Positions 24,290 to 25,766 of a DNA stretch of 25,766 nucleotides are shown piece by piece. The DNA lies in NCBI GenBank assembly GCA_035503215.1, contig DATJTR010000117.1, positions 1-25,766 on the forward strand, written 5' to 3'. Position 1 is the first letter of the stretch, and every line of letters starts with the position of its first letter. Below the pieces are notes generated by a model. The model ran no database searches, had not been told where the DNA came from, and was given only the letters and a program-made list of their open reading frames with translations. The position numbers and the translations under genes were made by a program. This DNA is from Pirellulales bacterium. Its GTDB lineage: Bacteria; Planctomycetota; Planctomycetia; Pirellulales; PALSA-1355.

Positions 24290-25766
24290 CGGCCACCTCC
24301 TTTCGAGGCGCGACTTCAAGGCCGGCGGGAGCTGGCTCCTCGACATCGTCTCTGGGAGCGATCGCCTGGCGACCGTCCGCTTGCCGATCGCCCTGGGCAT
24401 CGTCGGCCACGCTAGGGGCCGTCTGGTCCGCCGCGACGGATGCCTCCTCCTGCGAGCGATAATAATCTTCGAACCGCTGCGAAGCCGCTAAGGCGACCGG
24501 ATCGAGCGACGCGCTCATGCGCGAAGTAAAGAAGTTCGGATCGAGCCCAATCCAGAACATGAATACGATCAGCGGCACGAGGGCCAAGATTTCGCGGAGC
24601 GACAAGTCGCGCACCGACGACGGCGGCAGCGGGCTGGCCGCGCCGTGGCCGCCATGATCGTCGTGGCCGTGCGAATCGTGTGCGTGCGAGTCGTGGCCGC
24701 CGGCCGGCGGGGCTGCGTGGGCCGGGCCGTGGCCATGATCGCCGGCCGGTTCGTGCAGCGGACCAAAGAAGACCCGCTCGACCAGCCACAGCATGTACCA
24801 GGCCCCCAGCACGACGCCGAACGTCGAGACGACCGAAATGGCCTTCAAATGATCGGCCAATTGGGCCGGGGCGGCGCTGAACGCCCGCACGAACATTCCC
24901 TGCAGAATCGTGAACTCGCCGGGGAAGCCGTTCAGGCCGGGCAGGCCGATGCTGGAGAAGGTGAACAGCACGAACATGAACGTCAGGATGGGCAGGCGGC
25001 GGCAGAGACCGCCGAGTTGGACGATCTCGCGGGTGTGATACCGGTCGTAAATCATCCCGACCAGCGCGAACAAGCCACCGGTCGACAGGCCGTGGTTGAT
25101 CATTTGCAGCACGCTCCCCTGCATCGCCAGCGTATTGAGGGCGAACAGGCCGAGCATGCAGAAACCCAAGTGGCTGACGCTGGAATAGGCGATCAGTCGT
25201 TTCAGGTCGGCTTGCGTCAAGGCGACCAAGGCGCCGTAGATGATGCCGATCGCCGAGAGCAACAGAATCCAGGGGGCACAGGCCGCCGTGGCGTCGGGCA
25301 GCATCGGCAGATTGAAGCGCGTGAAGCCGTAGGTGCCGATCTTGAGCAGCACGCCGGCCAGCAGCACGCTGCCTGCCGCCGGGGCTTGCGTGTGGGCCAA
25401 GGGCAGCCACGTGTGCAGCGGAAACAGCGGCACCTTGATGGCGAAACCGGCGAACAAGGCCAGGAAGATCCAGATCTGATAGCCAAAGCTGAGCGGGTGG
25501 ATCGATAGGCTATGGGTCAGCTCGGGAATCGAAAAGGTCATCCGGCCCGGCGTGAACGAATGGTCCCAGAGGACGATCGCCAACAGCCCCAAAAACGTGA
25601 GCAAACTGCCGGAGAGCGTGAACACGAAAAACTTGATCGCGGCGTAACGTCGTTCTTCGCTCCCCCAAATGCCGATGATGAAAAACATCGGGATGAGCGT
25701 GAACTCGAAGAAAACGTAGAACAGGATAATGTCGCGGGCCGTGAACACGCCCAGCATGCCGGTTTC
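24279..25766 (-). CDS. nuoM: NADH-quinone oxidoreductase subunit M (5' end outside the window)
   Basis: FYVFFEFTLIPM, IKVPLFPLHTWLPLAH, LLKIGTYG, LKRLIAYSSVSHLG, GLPGLNGFPGEF. The reading frame stays open to the right edge. Confidence 0.95.
   Translation of the reverse strand, partial: ETGMLGVFTARDIILFYVFFEFTLIPMFFIIGIWGSEERRYAAIKFFVFTLSGSLLTFLGLLAIVLWDHSFTPGRMTFSIPELTHSLSIHPLSFGYQIWIFLALFAGFAIKVPLFPLHTWLPLAHTQAPAAGSVLLAGVLLKIGTYGFTRFNLPMLPDATAACAPWILLLSAIGIIYGALVALTQADLKRLIAYSSVSHLGFCMLGLFALNTLAMQGSVLQMINHGLSTGGLFALVGMIYDRYHTREIVQLGGLCRRLPILTFMFVLFTFSSIGLPGLNGFPGEFTILQGMFVRAFSAAPAQLADHLKAISVVSTFGVVLGAWYMLWLVERVFFGPLHEPAGDHGHGPAHAAPPAGGHDSHAHDSHGHDDHGGHGAASPLPPSSVRDLSLREILALVPLIVFMFWIGLDPNFFTSRMSASLDPVALAASQRFEDYYRSQEEASVAADQTAPSVADDAQGDRQADGRQAIAPRDDVEEPAPAGLEVAPRKEVAGVH

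Noticed and set aside
21521-24415. 964-aa plus-strand ORF and other long antisense or alternate-frame ORFs (e.g. 2069-3571, 4761-6260, 13243-14421)
   Set aside because: Arg/Pro/Gly-rich shadows of well-supported genes, expected in high-GC DNA with few stop codons. No motifs.
1-25766. CRISPR array, rRNA, tRNA, integrase or transposase genes
   Set aside because: No regularly spaced direct repeats, cloverleafs, rRNA signatures or recombinase motifs seen.

Overview
GC-rich chromosomal window, very likely from a planctomycete (Pirellulales-like). The evidence is a Planctomycete-extracellular signature, a ClpC-type N-domain sequence, GGGACTGTCCC-type repeats and the gene set. Mostly housekeeping and envelope genes: partial membrane/TPR gene, ClpN-ThiD2-ThiE fusion, TlpA thioredoxin, CYTH cyclase, large MscS-family channel, SdrD-like surface protein plus TPR protein, Tat intradiol dioxygenase-like protein, alpha/beta hydrolase, degenerate GT2 plus lpxB, M50 peptidase, SGNH-like protein, pseudo-receiver plus mrp/apbC, a degenerate sigma54-type regulator, nuoN and partial nuoM. 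Three things stand out. (1) A compact locus at about 16270-16834 has a promoter-like site, a structured leader, a 28-aa Lys/Ala histone-H1-like micropeptide, a roughly 200-nt multi-stem RNA-like region and a strong terminator. (2) A 668-aa protein consists only of four ClpC-type double-repeat N-domains with no AAA+ module. (3) A second AAA-less Clp-N domain is fused to thiamine-phosphate synthase. Two small inverted-repeat elements lie between convergent genes. All calls come from reading the sequence and recalled family motifs; no searches or folding programs were run.
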